Assembly (NCBI RefSeq): GCF_006345805.1
Contig: NC_042997.1
Coordinates: 103,168,001-103,232,000, forward strand
Source of the DNA: Octopus sinensis
Lineage: Eukaryota
Direction: 5' to 3'
DNA length: 64,000 nucleotides
This document shows positions 1 to 12,500 of the stretch, piece after piece; the stretch's first letter is position 1, and the number at the start of each line of letters is the position of its first letter. The notes below the pieces were generated by a model that searched no databases, was not told the DNA's origin, and saw only the letters and a list, made by a program, of their open reading frames with translations. A program made the translations under genes and the position numbers.

Positions 1-99
1 GATGTTATTGTATAACCCAGATAATTATTGTAAGCATAACCCAGATGATCATCTCAGTCATAAAGAAAATGTTAATACTATGTTATGGTGGTTTCCACT

Positions 100-560
100 G
101 AAAACTTCCATGCCTGCAATGATTCAAGAAAATATATGTAGTTGTTGGGGTCACGATTAAAGACTTTGTGTAAACTATGGTAGATAAAAGCCCCAATATC
201 TCATCATGTAATTTAGAGCCTATTCAGCAACAATGCCATCATTCCAGGGACATTCCTGGTATTAGTCAATTTTATAGCTACCGTTATTTTCATGATTAGT
301 GGATGAATCATCAAGGACTTACTATGGCCTCACAGTTCAAGACATCACTGACATGCTGCCGCTAATTAGCCTTGATTCCATCTTGCTTGTGCAGCAGCGT
401 ATTACCAGTCTTTACTCACAGAGCTGCCACAGGCTGCACACAGCTGATGGTTCTGAAAGAGCAATCAAGCAAATGTTCGAGGTACCCTCTATTGAGTATA
501 AACGATTGGACAGTGAGTGATCTGGTTTGTCAGCGTACTAAACAAAATTCACAGTGTGTA
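100..560 (+). pseudogene. Possible highly degenerate gypsy-type integrase remnant
   Basis: Broken frames give VDKSPNISSCNLEPIQQQ (weakly like SDNGPQF.S..F..F) and SVLPVFTHRAATGCTQLM (weakly like LP..LFAYR...TG.TP..LM). Resemblance is weak and judged by eye. Confidence 0.2.
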
Positions 561-1214
561 ACAGTCATAGAAAGTTGTAAAAGTAAAATACTTTAAACTT
601 CTAATTCAATGATTCTAAACCTGTGTAGCAGCGCCTCCTTGGGCACGTTTCGAGCTCATAAAAGGACAGAGGCACTACTAGGATACTGAGTGTTTAGAGG
701 GGTCATAATATTAGAAATAAACTATTTGAACTAGATACAACACTTAAAATGTGAACACATTAAAAAATTCTTTTGGGGGAATTAGAACATATGTAGGGCA
801 TTGTGTTATCAGTAAACAGAAAACATTACCGATGATGAACCTCGTCTAATATAATTTCTTTGAATAAGTCCTGTAATTTCTATATACATTTAACATGAGG
901 AACACTCGTCCACGCAAACATCTAATTAGGGCATATGCTAAATGATATAATATACGAAAACGTGGATAATAAATCTCTACACAAATTAGTTCCTGTCTGA
1001 TGGAGAAAAAAAATTGCTGTTTGTTTTTTTCAGAAACATGGAGCGGGGGCATTTATAAAACTCCATTCGGTGACTGAGTGACGAAAGATTTGGAACTACT
1101 GGTTTTTGTAGCAGACTATTCTAGGATAGAATAAATGATAGAATTTATATATTTTTTCATGTAACCTTCAGAAATTCCATATATTGTAAATAATGGTTTT
1201 AAGCACAGGCAAAA

Positions 1215-1330
1215 TGTGAACGATATAGTCGATAGCATCAGTCGCAGTACTTGACTGGAATTTTATTTTATTGACCCCAAAAGGATAAAAGACTAAAATT
1301 AACCTCAGTGTAATTTGAACTTAGAAAATA
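1215..1330 (-). mobile_element. Degenerate SINE family B fragment
   Basis: CAGTACTTGACTGG..TTTTATTGACCCCAAAAGGATAAAAG..AACCTCAGTGTAATTTGAACTTAGAA matches the reverse complement of the family-B body seen at 9136-9720. Confidence 0.45.
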
Positions 1331-3009
1331 TGAGCCGGAATATTCTTACAAATAATTGTTATTAATAATAATTGTTACAAATTATATACTCTAGTAAATT
1401 ATAAAATTACCAGTTGTGATGATTTTTGATTCGTAGTAAGAACATTGATTTATATAGGATTATCAATAATTTTTCTAACAATTCAACCAAGTCAGAAATA
1501 TCACAAAAACGTATGCGCATAAGTACCAATTAATGGACGATTTCATTAAAGTGTCTAAGGAAATGCAGATGGCAAAGTTTTTTTCTTTTTATTCCACCCA
1601 CATACTGCCTAAAAAACAGTAAGTCGCTTTTTCTGGCAATCAGCTTATTTATGTACAATATTTTTATCAATTGCTAACAAGATGTTACTTGTGTTCAAAA
1701 CAAAAAATTACTTTAGAAAGGAAAAATAAAATTAAAACCAGATGCTTTTGGGAGCAACGATTTGAACGAAATTCCTCTTACGAATATAGAATTAAAGACA
1801 GTAATAAAGACTGTAATGTGAAAATGACTATTGGAAAGTAGGTTAGGTCGTGCTATGTACCAATTTTGGGTATGTTAAACGCTTCACATACACAGAGACA
1901 AGTAAAAATTGCTTTTAATTTGTAGATATCTTCTAAATTCCATTTAGGTGACAAAATGTCTGGGAAAACCCGATATTTATTTGCTTTGGCTCCTGGTACA
2001 TTTTTTAAACGGTTTTCCTCCTTCGATTATGAAACTACAGTTATCTAAAAGATATTATCCATGCTATTGATGTAATCGCAATCAGTTTGAAGCATTTAAA
2101 AATTTAATGAGCGCATCGTTGCAACCCCTCCATTTTACTTAAAAATCAATTTCCAATAAATAAACCCAAAGTATTTTTAATAAAATATACAGCAACTGTA
2201 GATAAGCTCATAGTTACTCTAAGCTGAAACCTCGATATACTTTCAGTGATTTATTTAATTAGTATTAATCACATTGTGTTGTATTGCAGATCAAATAGAT
2301 AATAAATTAAACGCGACCCTCCGCCCCGCTCAAAAAAACAAAAAGACAGATTGCCATAAATTGTACATATGACGAGTATTCGTGAGTTGGGAGTGTTAAA
2401 ATTCCATTAACTCGATCATGAAATGTTTCTCCTAAAAAGCATTAATTATTCGAATTTCAGCTGATGTCAACGATTCAGTTTATCACATTTGAAAAGTGTG
2501 TAGCATGGCTCAGTTTGTTAATGTGCATGCTATTAAAGCGTATGTAATTTGATCTGTTACTCTGGGCTTACTATGTAGATTGGTATGTAGTTAAATGTGG
2601 TCTAACATGTTTGAGATAGTGACCCAAAAAAACACTGCCTTATCAATATATAGCAGGTCTTACATGACTGAAAGCTATAAAGATTTTTGAGTGAATGAAC
2701 ATTGACGTAGAGGTCAATTGAAAAGAATGACTGGTTACATTATAAGCTTTGCTTTTTTATTCTTTTCAAAGGAAAATGACGCTTGCCTTTAAGCGCACGA
2801 ACAGTTTGATATTTTTACTCAATATTATCACTATTATTTATCTTCCATCAATAAAGATAAAAGGAATTTTAAACAATTCTCTGCATCATAAGGAAATCTA
2901 AGCAATTTTATTTGATGCAAAACTCTGACGTAAGCCATCACTATTATTTAATTAAAACATTGAGCGCCCTCTGATTACGCTGCTGTCTTATACGAGTCTA
3001 ATTCAGTTA

Positions 3010-4626
3010 TCTATCTATGTATATATAAAACTGAGAATGTGTGTGTGTGTCTGTCTGTGTGTTTCCCTAAAACTTGAGAACTACACAACCAATTTCGTTC
3101 AAATTTTACACATGCCTTACTTAGGGTCCATGTAGTTTCATGGGCAAAGAAAATGTTCAACTTCTTGCCTAGAGCGAGCCCATAGCAATATCATATCTTC
3201 TCCACTATTTCAGTATTACGTGTTAAAAGTGAAACAAAAACATTTCTCTATTTAATGTCAGATACTTTCACGTTAACAATAACAATTAGAGATAATAATA
3301 ACAATTGAATTATATGTAGTAAATAATAATTAAAATCAAACTAAAGTATAATATAATAATTAAATCGTAACATAACAATTAAAAGTAAAAATAGCAATTG
3401 GTATAAAATTGCATCAATGACTTGAACTTGAATAAGTGGTTTCACATGAATGGGAATAAATTAAAAATAAAATTAATGCGCAGAAATGGAATAGTCCAGA
3501 TGGAGCTATGCATATATCCTTTACCACAGCTTTTACATTAGATTATCTGCTAATTAGCTAGCATTAAGTATCTATATGAAGTTTGGCTGTATGTAATGTC
3601 TGTTTTCTCGAACAGCCGCTTCTACTGAGTACTGCTGTTGGTTTATTTCTTATACATAAAGGACTATAGCTTCAACTGCATACTGCTTTTTGATTCACCG
3701 TAAGGTTTGTTGTTATTATTATTACTGTTTAACTATTGTTATCACGTTTGTTGGTTCCCCGTAAGGGAAACGTTGTTGTGTTGCATTTGTTAAATAATTG
3801 TAAACTGTAACCCTCCCCCTTTGGGAGAAGGAGCTTCGGTTATTGTTTAAAAGTTGAATTGTGTCCGTTTGGGGAAGTTGACAATATGTTCACCGTTTAT
3901 ACGGAAGCATTTTTGTTAGAATGCCTTCGATAGAAGAAAGTCCAAAAATGAATTTCGCTGCAGTCGTCGGCGGGCGCGAACTCATTAAAATTAAATGGAA
4001 GAAATACAAACCTATTTCGGATTGACAAAGACGGTGAATCTAGGATAACAACACCAAACGAAATAAAAAATAAAATTAAAGAAAAGACTATTGTCTATAA
4101 AGTATTCAATGTAGAGGAAAAAAAAGATTTGAACACCTGGAGGAAAGCACCGTTGAAAAGTGTCTTGGTGCGACTATGAAAGATATCAAGTATCTAACCA
4201 GAGGTGGTAAATTCGCCACAATAGAATCAAGGTTCGCGTCAACGGAGCGTGCTAGGGAGTACTCGACTAGAACCTTGCAAAGTGGAAATATTTTATTTTT
4301 ACCTTTATATCTGGGATGTAGGACGTCTCGGATAAAAATTAAAAACGTCCCCCCAGAAGTAGAAGTAGGCTGGATTGTAGCCACACTTCTATACAAGAGG
4401 GAGGACAAGATACAATTGATCGAAATTGCAAGAGACGGGCCTACAATTCCAGTCTGTTATATATTTTGAGTATTGTTATCACTAGCGATATCAAGATATA
4501 ACTTTGTATTTTGTATTTTATGTGTAGATGTATATATATAGATGTACATGTAATATGTTCACATATATATACACATATATACATGTACTAGCACTATGAC
4601 CCGGCAACACCGGGTCATAATGCTAG
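3010..4626 (+). mobile_element. Non-autonomous Helitron
   Basis: 5' A|TCTATCTATGTATATATAAAACTGAGAATG(TG)n. 3' GC-rich hairpin TATGACCCGG-CAACA-CCGGGTCATA followed by GCTAG|T (CTAG at 4623-4626). A|T target, no TSD. The same 5' end recurs at about 51720. Joining the two ends into one element is an inference. Confidence 0.68.
3921..4445 (+). pseudogene. L1/Tx1-type LINE ORF1 N-terminal fragment, frameshifted, inside the Helitron
   Basis: RFASTERAREYSTRTLQSGNILFLPLYLGCRTSRIKIKNVPPEV aligns with RFTTGKEAKNYSTATLPSEELILIPIYLSRRIFKVRILNISPDI at 18963-19163(-), which lies upstream of an APE endonuclease start. Confidence 0.6.
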
Positions 4627-4715
4627 TATAAAATATAGGCTGAAAACTAATTCTCCCGATTATTACTGTCCCAAACAAGACTTAAACTGAACAAAAGCGA
4701 GATTTGGAGTAAATA

Positions 4716-5134
4716 ATACTTTCTACTATTGGCACAAGGCCTGAAGTTTTGAGGGAGTTGTGTACTCGATTACATCGACCCCAGTACTCAACTAGTACTT
4801 ATTTTATCGACCCCGAAAGGATGACAGGAAAAGTCTTCCCTGGTGGAGTTGGAACTCAGAACGTGAAGACAGACGAAATGCTACTATGTATTTTGTCCGG
4901 CGCATTGATTCTGCCAGCTCAATGCCTTATCTGGATTAAACAATCCTTTCTACTATAGGGACAAGGTCTGAAATTTGGGGGGAAAGAGCTAGTCGGTTAC
5001 ATCGACCTCAGTGCTTATACGATAAAAAACAAAGTCGACCTCGGCGGCATTTGAACTCAGAACGTAAAGTCGGACGAAATGTCGCTAAGCATTTTGCCCT
5101 ACGTACTCTCGATTCTGTTTGCTTGCCGCCTTAT
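4716..5134 (-). mobile_element. Two tandem SINE family B copies flanked by a 13-bp direct repeat
   Basis: Two successive tail-to-head copies (about 4716-4932 and 4945-5134). TTTGGAGTAAATA at 4703-4715 and 5135-5147 is TSD-like. Confidence 0.8.
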
Positions 5135-6309
5135 TTTGGAGTAAATAGTAACTGATAAAACGGTTCCTAATTCATCTACAGAGCATGCTCCATACTTCGA
5201 TAATAGAGTGCCGACTTTACACTTCACAAATCTATACTTAAAGGTAAATTTTTCTTGAATTCACAGTGATATAAAATTATTTTCTTCAGGTGACAGATTA
5301 CAGCACTTCTCCATAAAAATCTGGCAGTTTTCATTTTATTGATAGTGTCTATCAGTGACAAAACAGCAAACAAAAATTGCTTGAAATATTTAGTTACATT
5401 CCTTTACGTTATCATTTACCTCCTACAAAAGTTGGTGGCAAATTAAATTAGATATCATTAAAGACCAGAAGTTGAGTTAATCGGTTACAAATCTACACTC
5501 AAGATTTTGTGGCATTGTGTCAATTACTACAAATTTATAATGTTTTTATTAACTGATAGATTATTTTTGTTTATGTCTGTTTTAAATTTCTCTGTAAAAG
5601 AACAAGTGTTTTATTATTTGTTCATTGTTCTCTTAATCTTTCTTCCGATATCTTTCACTCTAACATCATATTGGTGTTTACACATATAGATGTTTAATAT
5701 ATTTACATTCGCTATATTCGTATAATCTTTAAGATTCTAAGCTTTATCCTATTGCAGATAACAGCCAATATATTCGCCGTTCTTCAAATGCACAATGAAA
5801 GGCGTATATCTCACCTAAATTTTAAATAGTAAATTACTTTTAGCAATGGGTTTCGCGTGTCGAAAGCAAATGCTATCAATCAATTTCTCTTTGGAGTCTT
5901 TCATTCGCCGCCTGTTTTGTATATATTTGTCCGCCACCAAATAAATAAATATATATATATATACACGCACACATGTACGTGTATGTACGCTTCCCATACG
6001 TCCTACCGACACATACACACACACACAAATGCTTTTTCTGTCGATTCTTCTGTATATTTATCTGTATAGTCGCATAACTGTGAAGTTAATTCCTATCAAC
6101 GTACACATACGTCAATGCACATACAGTAGCGGCCATAATATAAGGGTCAGTAAGAACAAGTGTATTGATATATTTATTATAGAAGATTACCAAAACGTTG
6201 AGACTAGATATTTTGCGCATATTCAGATATATTTAATATCTATCTTTCGTGGAAATTTCAAGTGGATGGAATAAATATTTCGTAAGTTGTCAGGAAATAA
6301 TCAAGCCGT

Positions 6310-7041
6310 CTTCCAAATTGCAGCGACCAAAACACGACTTCAGAATCTCCTGCAACTCTTCTGGACGGTCTGATTGTACAAGTTGGTAAATGCTGCCATA
6401 ATCTTTGCCTTCATCTCATCTTTGGTGTTACAAGAAGTTTTGTTGGTCCCTTGCTCAACTGCGCTCCACGCATAATAATTAAGGGGTTGCAGTCTGGGGA
6501 ATTTGGTGGCCAGATATTAGGGCTGATGTGGTCGCAGAAATTGTCTGACAACCATGACTGGGTTCTCTTGCTTGTGTGGCATGGTGCAGAGTCCTGTTGC
6601 TAGGTATAGGGTCTTCCAGTAGGTCACCTTCTTGACCCAGGGTAGCACTACCTCTACCAGGCACTTGATGTAGACCTCTGTGTTGAGTCTGTGACCGTGT
6701 GTGAAGATAAATGGAGGCATAACTTCGCCATCAGTAGAGATCAGTTCAGACACCGTCATGTTTGATTTTTATCACTTTTGGTACATGTTTTGAGGACACG
6801 GCAAGCCAACGGTTGTTCTGTGTGTTCGCCATCTGTTTGTATTGGTGTTTCAGTCGTGAATGCTAAGCAGTACAGCATGTTGTTTCCAAGTTTCTGGCTG
6901 AGGGAATCGCATCGTGGTACTCTCTTACTCACAGATAGTGCCCAACTGAACCTACTGAGTAGTGGACAAAATCAAAAACAAACAATGCGCATGTGCGAAA
7001 TTAAAAGTATAAAAGGGCCACAATTTATCCATTGCATCTTG
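6310..7041 (-). mobile_element. Internally deleted Tc1/mariner element, maT (DD37D)-type
   Basis: Translates to DGEVMPPFIFTHGHRLNTEVYIKCLVEVVLPWV and then, in another frame, QDSAPCHTSKRTQSWLSDNFCDHISPNIWPPNSPDCNPLNYYAW. N-terminal piece PETWKQHAVLLSI. Left end TA|CAAGATGCAATGGATAAATTG at 7041. Right TIR not found. Subfamily assigned from recalled motifs. Confidence 0.75.
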
Positions 7042-7179
7042 TATATGTGTGTGTGCGTGTGTATCAAAACAAAAATAATACGTATATAAGATAGTATAAT
7101 GCAATAAATTATATAATCTAATATATTATAATATACTGTAATAAAATAAAGTAGAATATAAAAAATAGCAAGTCTTGTA

Positions 7180-7480
7180 TACAACACACGTACATGTGTG
7201 TGTGTGTGTGTCCGTATTCATACATACATACATACATACATACATATGAATATACATATTTATACATAGATACGTACATAAATACGTACACACACAGATA
7301 ATACTGCACATATTCACACATACACATACATATCAGTATTGACATGTACATGCATTCATACACACACACGCGCACACACACACGCACACACACTCACTCA
7401 CTCACTCACTCACTCACTCACACACACATACCCACACACACACACATATACATGCACAGACATATACAAATATACAAACG
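7180..7480. repeat. Compound microsatellite (TG/TACA/CA/CACT)
   Basis: Directly visible tandem di- and tetranucleotide repeats. Confidence 0.9.
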
Positions 7481-7754
7481 CAAACTTCATTAGGTAACAC
7501 TGGAATTTAAAACTTTAAAGAAAATAATTTTAAAAATTAGTGACTATTTAAATAATGTGTTCGTGGGTGGTTAATGAGTTGGGTGTGGTGTTGAAGAAGG
7601 AGCAATACCTCCTGAGATATGCATATACACTCATTACCTATTTTTTCTAGCTTCGATCTCATTGTTTAGAAAGACGTATTTGTATACGAAATGTAACTTT
7701 CAGTGTTGGCTATAATTTCTACAGGAAAACTGTATAGATAACTTAAAAGTGATA

Positions 7755-7983
7755 TACTCTTTTACTCTTTTACTCTTTTACTTGTTTCAGTCATTTGACT
7801 GCGGCCATGCTGGAGCACCGCCTTTAGTCGAGCAACTCGACCACGGGACTTATTCTTTGTAAGCCCAGTGCTTATTCTATCGGTCTGTTTTTGCCAAACC
7901 GCTAAGTGACGGGGACATAAACACACCACCATCGGTTGTCAAGCAATGCTAGGGGGACAAACACAGATACACAAACACACACA

Positions 7984-8028
<45 letters not shown>

Positions 8029-8185
8029 GACGGGCTTCTTTCAGTTTCCGTCTACCAAATCCACTCACAAGGCATTGGTCGGCCCGAGGCTATAGCAGAA
8101 GACACTTGCCCAAGATGCCACGCAGTGGGACTGAACCCGGAACCATGTGGTTGGTAACCAAGCTACTTACCACACAGCCACTCCT
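7755..8185 (-). mobile_element. SINE family A, full length (tRNA head, CORE-like CTTGGGCAAGTG box, internal (TA)n, GTAAAAGA tail)
   Basis: Reverse complement begins AGGAGTGGCTGTGTGGT (A box) then GGTTCAGTCCC (B box). Near-identical to copies at 20054, 44626 and 61706. Confidence 0.9.
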
Positions 8186-8376
8186 TAACTATATTAATGT
8201 TTGTTTTTATGTCCAAGTTAAATAAGACAATTTTATATTAAATAGAAGAATTACTCATACTTTCTGTGAAGTACATGTTTCCAGGAATTTGAATGACTGC
8301 GCAGAGGATCTCTTGCGATATAAGTGACACTTATAACCGAACACTAATCTTCGTTTGTGAAAGTGACTTTCTCGAA

Positions 8377-8449
8377 GCTTACTCTCTATAACGTGTACGG
8401 TACGGGCTAGGCAGCTGAACTAATCTGAGTCACTCGGATTTTTTATATA
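8377..8449 (-). promoter_or_regulatory. Candidate TATA/Inr core promoter with short first exon
   Basis: On the minus strand: TATATAAAAAA (8449-8439), AP-1-type TGACTCA (8432-8426), Inr-like TTAGTT (A at 8421, TATA at -28), then a GTAAGC donor-like site at 8382. Lies in non-repetitive sequence. Motif evidence only. Confidence 0.25.
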
Positions 8450-9135
8450 GGGCACTCGACATAATCTGTATGGGCGAAAGTGAAATAAGATAGATTATCT
8501 GTTTGTTAGCAAAGTTACTAGAACCAGTTGATTTTGTTCAAATATCGAAGCCGTTCCGCCAAAGCTTTTCCCCTTCTTGTGCAATGCTCACCAGGTATCA
8601 CGCTAATATAATCTAATTTTAAAACGAAAAATATTCCAAACCGCACACACATACACACACACGCACACACCCCACGCACACACACATACACACACAGTGT
8701 TTTCACTTTTAATAACTTTATAGAAATGACTTCCAACCACTAAATATGTTACTATTTGCTGTTAAGGAGATAAAATGAACACAATACCTTTTTCGTTATC
8801 AGATGTTAAGTGTAACTTGCACTGGGTTTGTTATTCACTCTGCAGAAGTCTTATCAATAGACCACATGTAAAACGCAGAGTGACTAGCATAGATAACAGA
8901 TGAACTTTAGATCCACTGTTATCGTAACATAAGGAAAATAGTTTGAAAGAGTGCGTGTGCCTATTACGTGTGACGACAGCGATAAAAGCGATAAACAATA
9001 ATTAAGGCCGGCCTCCGTTGTTTTAATTTCTAATTGAATCAGTATCTCTTCCCTTAAAGCATGGGTATTAAACAACCTCATGTCACCAGTCTCTAAATAA
9101 AATAGTTTTATATAGATGAATATATTTTCAGAGGT

Positions 9136-9720
9136 AAGGCGGCGAGCTGGCAGAATCGTTAAGCACGCCGGGCGAAATGCTTGCGTAGCCGTATTTCGTC
9201 TGCCGTTACGTTCTGAGTTCAAATTCCGCCGAGGTCGACTTTGCCTTTCATCCTTTCGCGGTCGATAAATTAAGTACCAGTTACGCACTGGGGTCGATGT
9301 AATCGGCTTAATCCCTTTGTCTGTCCTTGTTTGTCCTCTCTGTGTTTAGCCCCTTGTGGGTAGTAAAGAAATAGGTATTTCGTCCGCCGCTGCGTTCTGA
9401 GTTCAAATTCCGTCGAGGTCGACTTTGCCTTTCATCCTTTCGCGGTCGATAAATTAAGTACCAGTTACGCACTGGGGTCGATGTAATCGGCTTAATCCCT
9501 TTGTCTGTCCTTGTTTGTCCACTCTATGTTTAGCCCTTTGTGGATAGTAAAGAAATAGGCATTTCATCCGTCTTTACTTTCTGAGTTCAAATTCCGCCGA
9601 GGTCGACATTGCCCTTCATACTATTCGAGGCGATAAAATAAGTAATTTTTGAGCACTGAGGGCGATGTAATCGACTTACTTCCTCCCCCGAAATTGCTGG
9701 CCTTGTGCCAAAATTGGAAA
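9136..9720 (+). mobile_element. SINE family B head-to-tail trimer
   Basis: One tRNA-like head (GGCGGCGAGCTGGCAGAATCG...GAGTTCAAATTCC) then three roughly 190-bp body units. Units 1-2 end in the CCCCTTGTGG..TAAAGAAATAGG tail and unit 3 in a CTGGCCTTGTGCCAAAA tail. Imperfect flanking repeat ATGAA..TTTTCARAGGTA. Confidence 0.9.
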
Positions 9721-10074
9721 TTATTATGAATTTTCAAAGGTATGTGTACATACATTTGAAAGTGACAATAAAGTACTTTTTATTTAGTTTAGAAACAAAA
9801 ACCAAAAATATTACTCGCTAGGATCATGTCGAGCTTTAACTACGAACCGAGAGCGAAGAGCTAAGGGAAAATATTTCCCTTAAATTAAGGAACTTATCAA
9901 CTAGAAAAAAATATGAGATTCCGATTCTTCAGAAATACTTCGAAATAACTCTGAAAACTTACAGGAACCATATCAAACTACCACTCAGCTTCCAAAGCAA
10001 AAAAAAAAAAGAAAACAAAGAAAACAAACTAAGCGGCATAAAACATTCTAAAGCCTTGAGAAATTTTGATTTCA

Positions 10075-10200
10075 AATTTTGGCACAAGGCTAGCAATTTT
10101 GGGAAAGCGGGTAAGCCCATTACATCGACCCCAGGGCTCGAATAGTACTTATTTTATCGACCCCCGAAATTATGATCGACCTAAGCATTTTGCCGCCTTA
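10075..10200 (-). mobile_element. SINE family B fragment
   Basis: TTTTGGCACAAGGC...TTACATCGACCCCAG...TTATTTTATCGACCCC is the reverse complement of the family-B body and tail. Confidence 0.7.
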
Positions 10201-10399
10201 ACCTTGCGAAATATTATTTAAACTTGATATCCCAAGTATTGAATCGAAAGAATTAACCTTCCGACTAAAAATAGAAGATCGTTAAAAGCGTCCTACTATG
10301 CGTAAACTATATATCACTCTCTATATATATATAGAATCACAGATCTAACTATCCTTAATCTAGTTAATCAAGAGAAGTGCAAGTAATCAGCAAATATAC

Positions 10400-11750
10400 T
10401 CTTGGTGCAATGAGCGTTATCATTAGAAATTCTGGGGCTAACACAATTGAAAGACCCGGACTTTCGGACAAATTCGTCAACGCCGTTCATGGAGAGCTAC
10501 AATAGAATCAAGGTACCTAATCCAGTAGAACTGTATCCAGATGGTCGTTCAACAATCTCAAGCAAAATAAACACTCTTAAATTGATTGAGAAAGAAACTT
10601 TTAGTAAAATTCAAGGAATTCGATTTAGGCATCATCATTAGTACCGCCTTAGAAATAGCACAGGCCACCAGGATGACCTGTATATTGTCTCTCGATTTGG
10701 TAGAAATATCTGCCAAATTATGCGACCAGCTTAAACTAGAGGGATGCAATAAATGCTGGAGTGCATGGTTAGAATGCACATAAATTTCCTCAATCAAAGC
10801 TGACCTCGGGGACGAATAACAAGACAGTAACAATAACAATATACACGTAGCTAACTTGTTAGACCTAAAATTTAACTTGACGCAAAGCGAAAGCAAACGC
10901 TTCATCGACCCAACACTAAACAAGAATAGATATTCACAGGAATCTTAAACATAAGGAATCTTGTAACAAGCTAATGTAGGAAAGCGTGTCATCTATCATT
11001 CGCTCCAATTTCATAGACGCACCAACATGAAGATTTAGCGAGTAATTCGTGTGCAAGGAACTTTCGATATAAAATGTAAAAATCAGGAGGAAGTATTTTA
11101 TGATTAAACTGCTCGACAACAGGAGTATAGTTGCTAATATACTTAAGAATGTTCCATCCTTACAAATACATTTCCCACCTGTAGATTAACACAATAGACT
11201 CCTTTTCAATAACGTTTGGACAATCTTCCATTTTAGATATCCCCCTACAATCTAAAACGGATACTGCACAGCTTAATCTGTCACCAGCTTAATCTGTCTA
11301 CTTAGATGTTCGTATCTTCTTAAAGTGGTGATATACAAATCAACTATAACATTCTCTGATATTATTGAGAAGAAATATAGGGGACGCATTACTAACGTTT
11401 TAAGAGCCACTGTTTACACCATTTGCCAAAAGCATTTCCATTCATTAAGGTTGAGGGAACGATGAATTCCACCTATTTGTCACAATTTCTATAGAAACGC
11501 GGGCTCGGCAGATCTGAACGTTTACTAATTTTATATAAAACATCCAGGACAGATTAGTGGAAACGTAACCATGGAATACAAAATGCAGGCTATGTTACCA
11601 AGAGTCATTCCAGTTTCTACGTCTAACTGCTTTCATTTACAAACTAGTAATTACAACCAACCAACAGTAGCCGTATTATATGCAATACCAACGAAAGGGA
11701 ACACATCTCGATCTAACACTTTTGCGTAAAGACATTTTTTATCTTTAAAA
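10400..11750 (+). pseudogene. Very degenerate coding-like remnant, possibly Penelope-like
   Basis: Broken frames with fragments such as NILKNVPSL, TFSDIIEKK and VIPV...SN..FIYK loosely resemble the PLE region before the RT (TGDL.II.N; VVPADKASNN..F.CK). No catalytic motif is readable. Confidence 0.22.
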
Positions 11751-11911
11751 TCTCTTTTCCTCTACCCCATATGGCTTGATCTAGAAAACATTCGCAAAAC
11801 TGTAACAATAGCCCGAGTCATAAATATATAATATACTGAGTACCGTTTCCTTTCACGTGTTCACAAAACCTATGCACTTAAACACGCACATACATGCATA
11901 CATGCATACAC

Positions 11912-11955
<44 letters not shown>

Positions 11956-12159
11956 GTCTATTTATCTATCTATCTATATAACCCCCCCCTCTCTCTCTCT
12001 TTGCATCGCCAGTTTACACATTAATTCTAAATGAAAAATCACGTAATACTTATGGTTTTAGACATTGGAGAGGCACTTCATTAGACTTGCAGCAAAGGCG
12101 TACTATGACATTATGCGTCCTTCAGACATTATTGTTAGGAAAGTATTGGAAGGGTGTGG

Positions 12160-12500
12160 AAAAGAAAAAAAATTAAGTGTGGTTGTGGTATGAGTAAGTG
12201 AGGTAGATATTATGTGGGTGGGAGGATGTGGAGAACCAAGAAGGTGGAGACGTATATTAATAGGAGGGAGAAAGGGAAGGGGAGGAGGAAAATGATCTGA
12301 AGACGGAAGTAAAGTAGAACGAGAAGGAGAAGAATAAGAGGAAGAATCGGAAGGGGGAGAAGGAAAGGAAGAAGGACAAGAATAAGAAGGAGAAGGAAAA
12401 GAAGAACAAGAATGAGAAGGAGAAGAAGAAGAAGAAGAGGGAGAGTAAAATGAAATGGAAGAAAAAGGAGAAGGAAAAGAAGAAGAGTGGAATATGTTAA
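12160..12500. repeat. Purine-rich (GAA/GGA) low-complexity tract
   Basis: Almost exclusively A/G on the plus strand. Explains the Ser/Pro-rich ORF 12103-12510. Confidence 0.85.

Noticed and set aside
5750-5815. AG-preceded frame VRYTPFIVHLKNGEYIGCYLQ resembling a WSC-domain YIGCY motif
   Set aside because: It stops immediately after the motif with no donor site or further cysteines; likely chance.
9136-9720. CRISPR-like or satellite array
   Set aside because: Units are about 190-bp SINE bodies without unique spacers, in a eukaryotic context with no cas genes.
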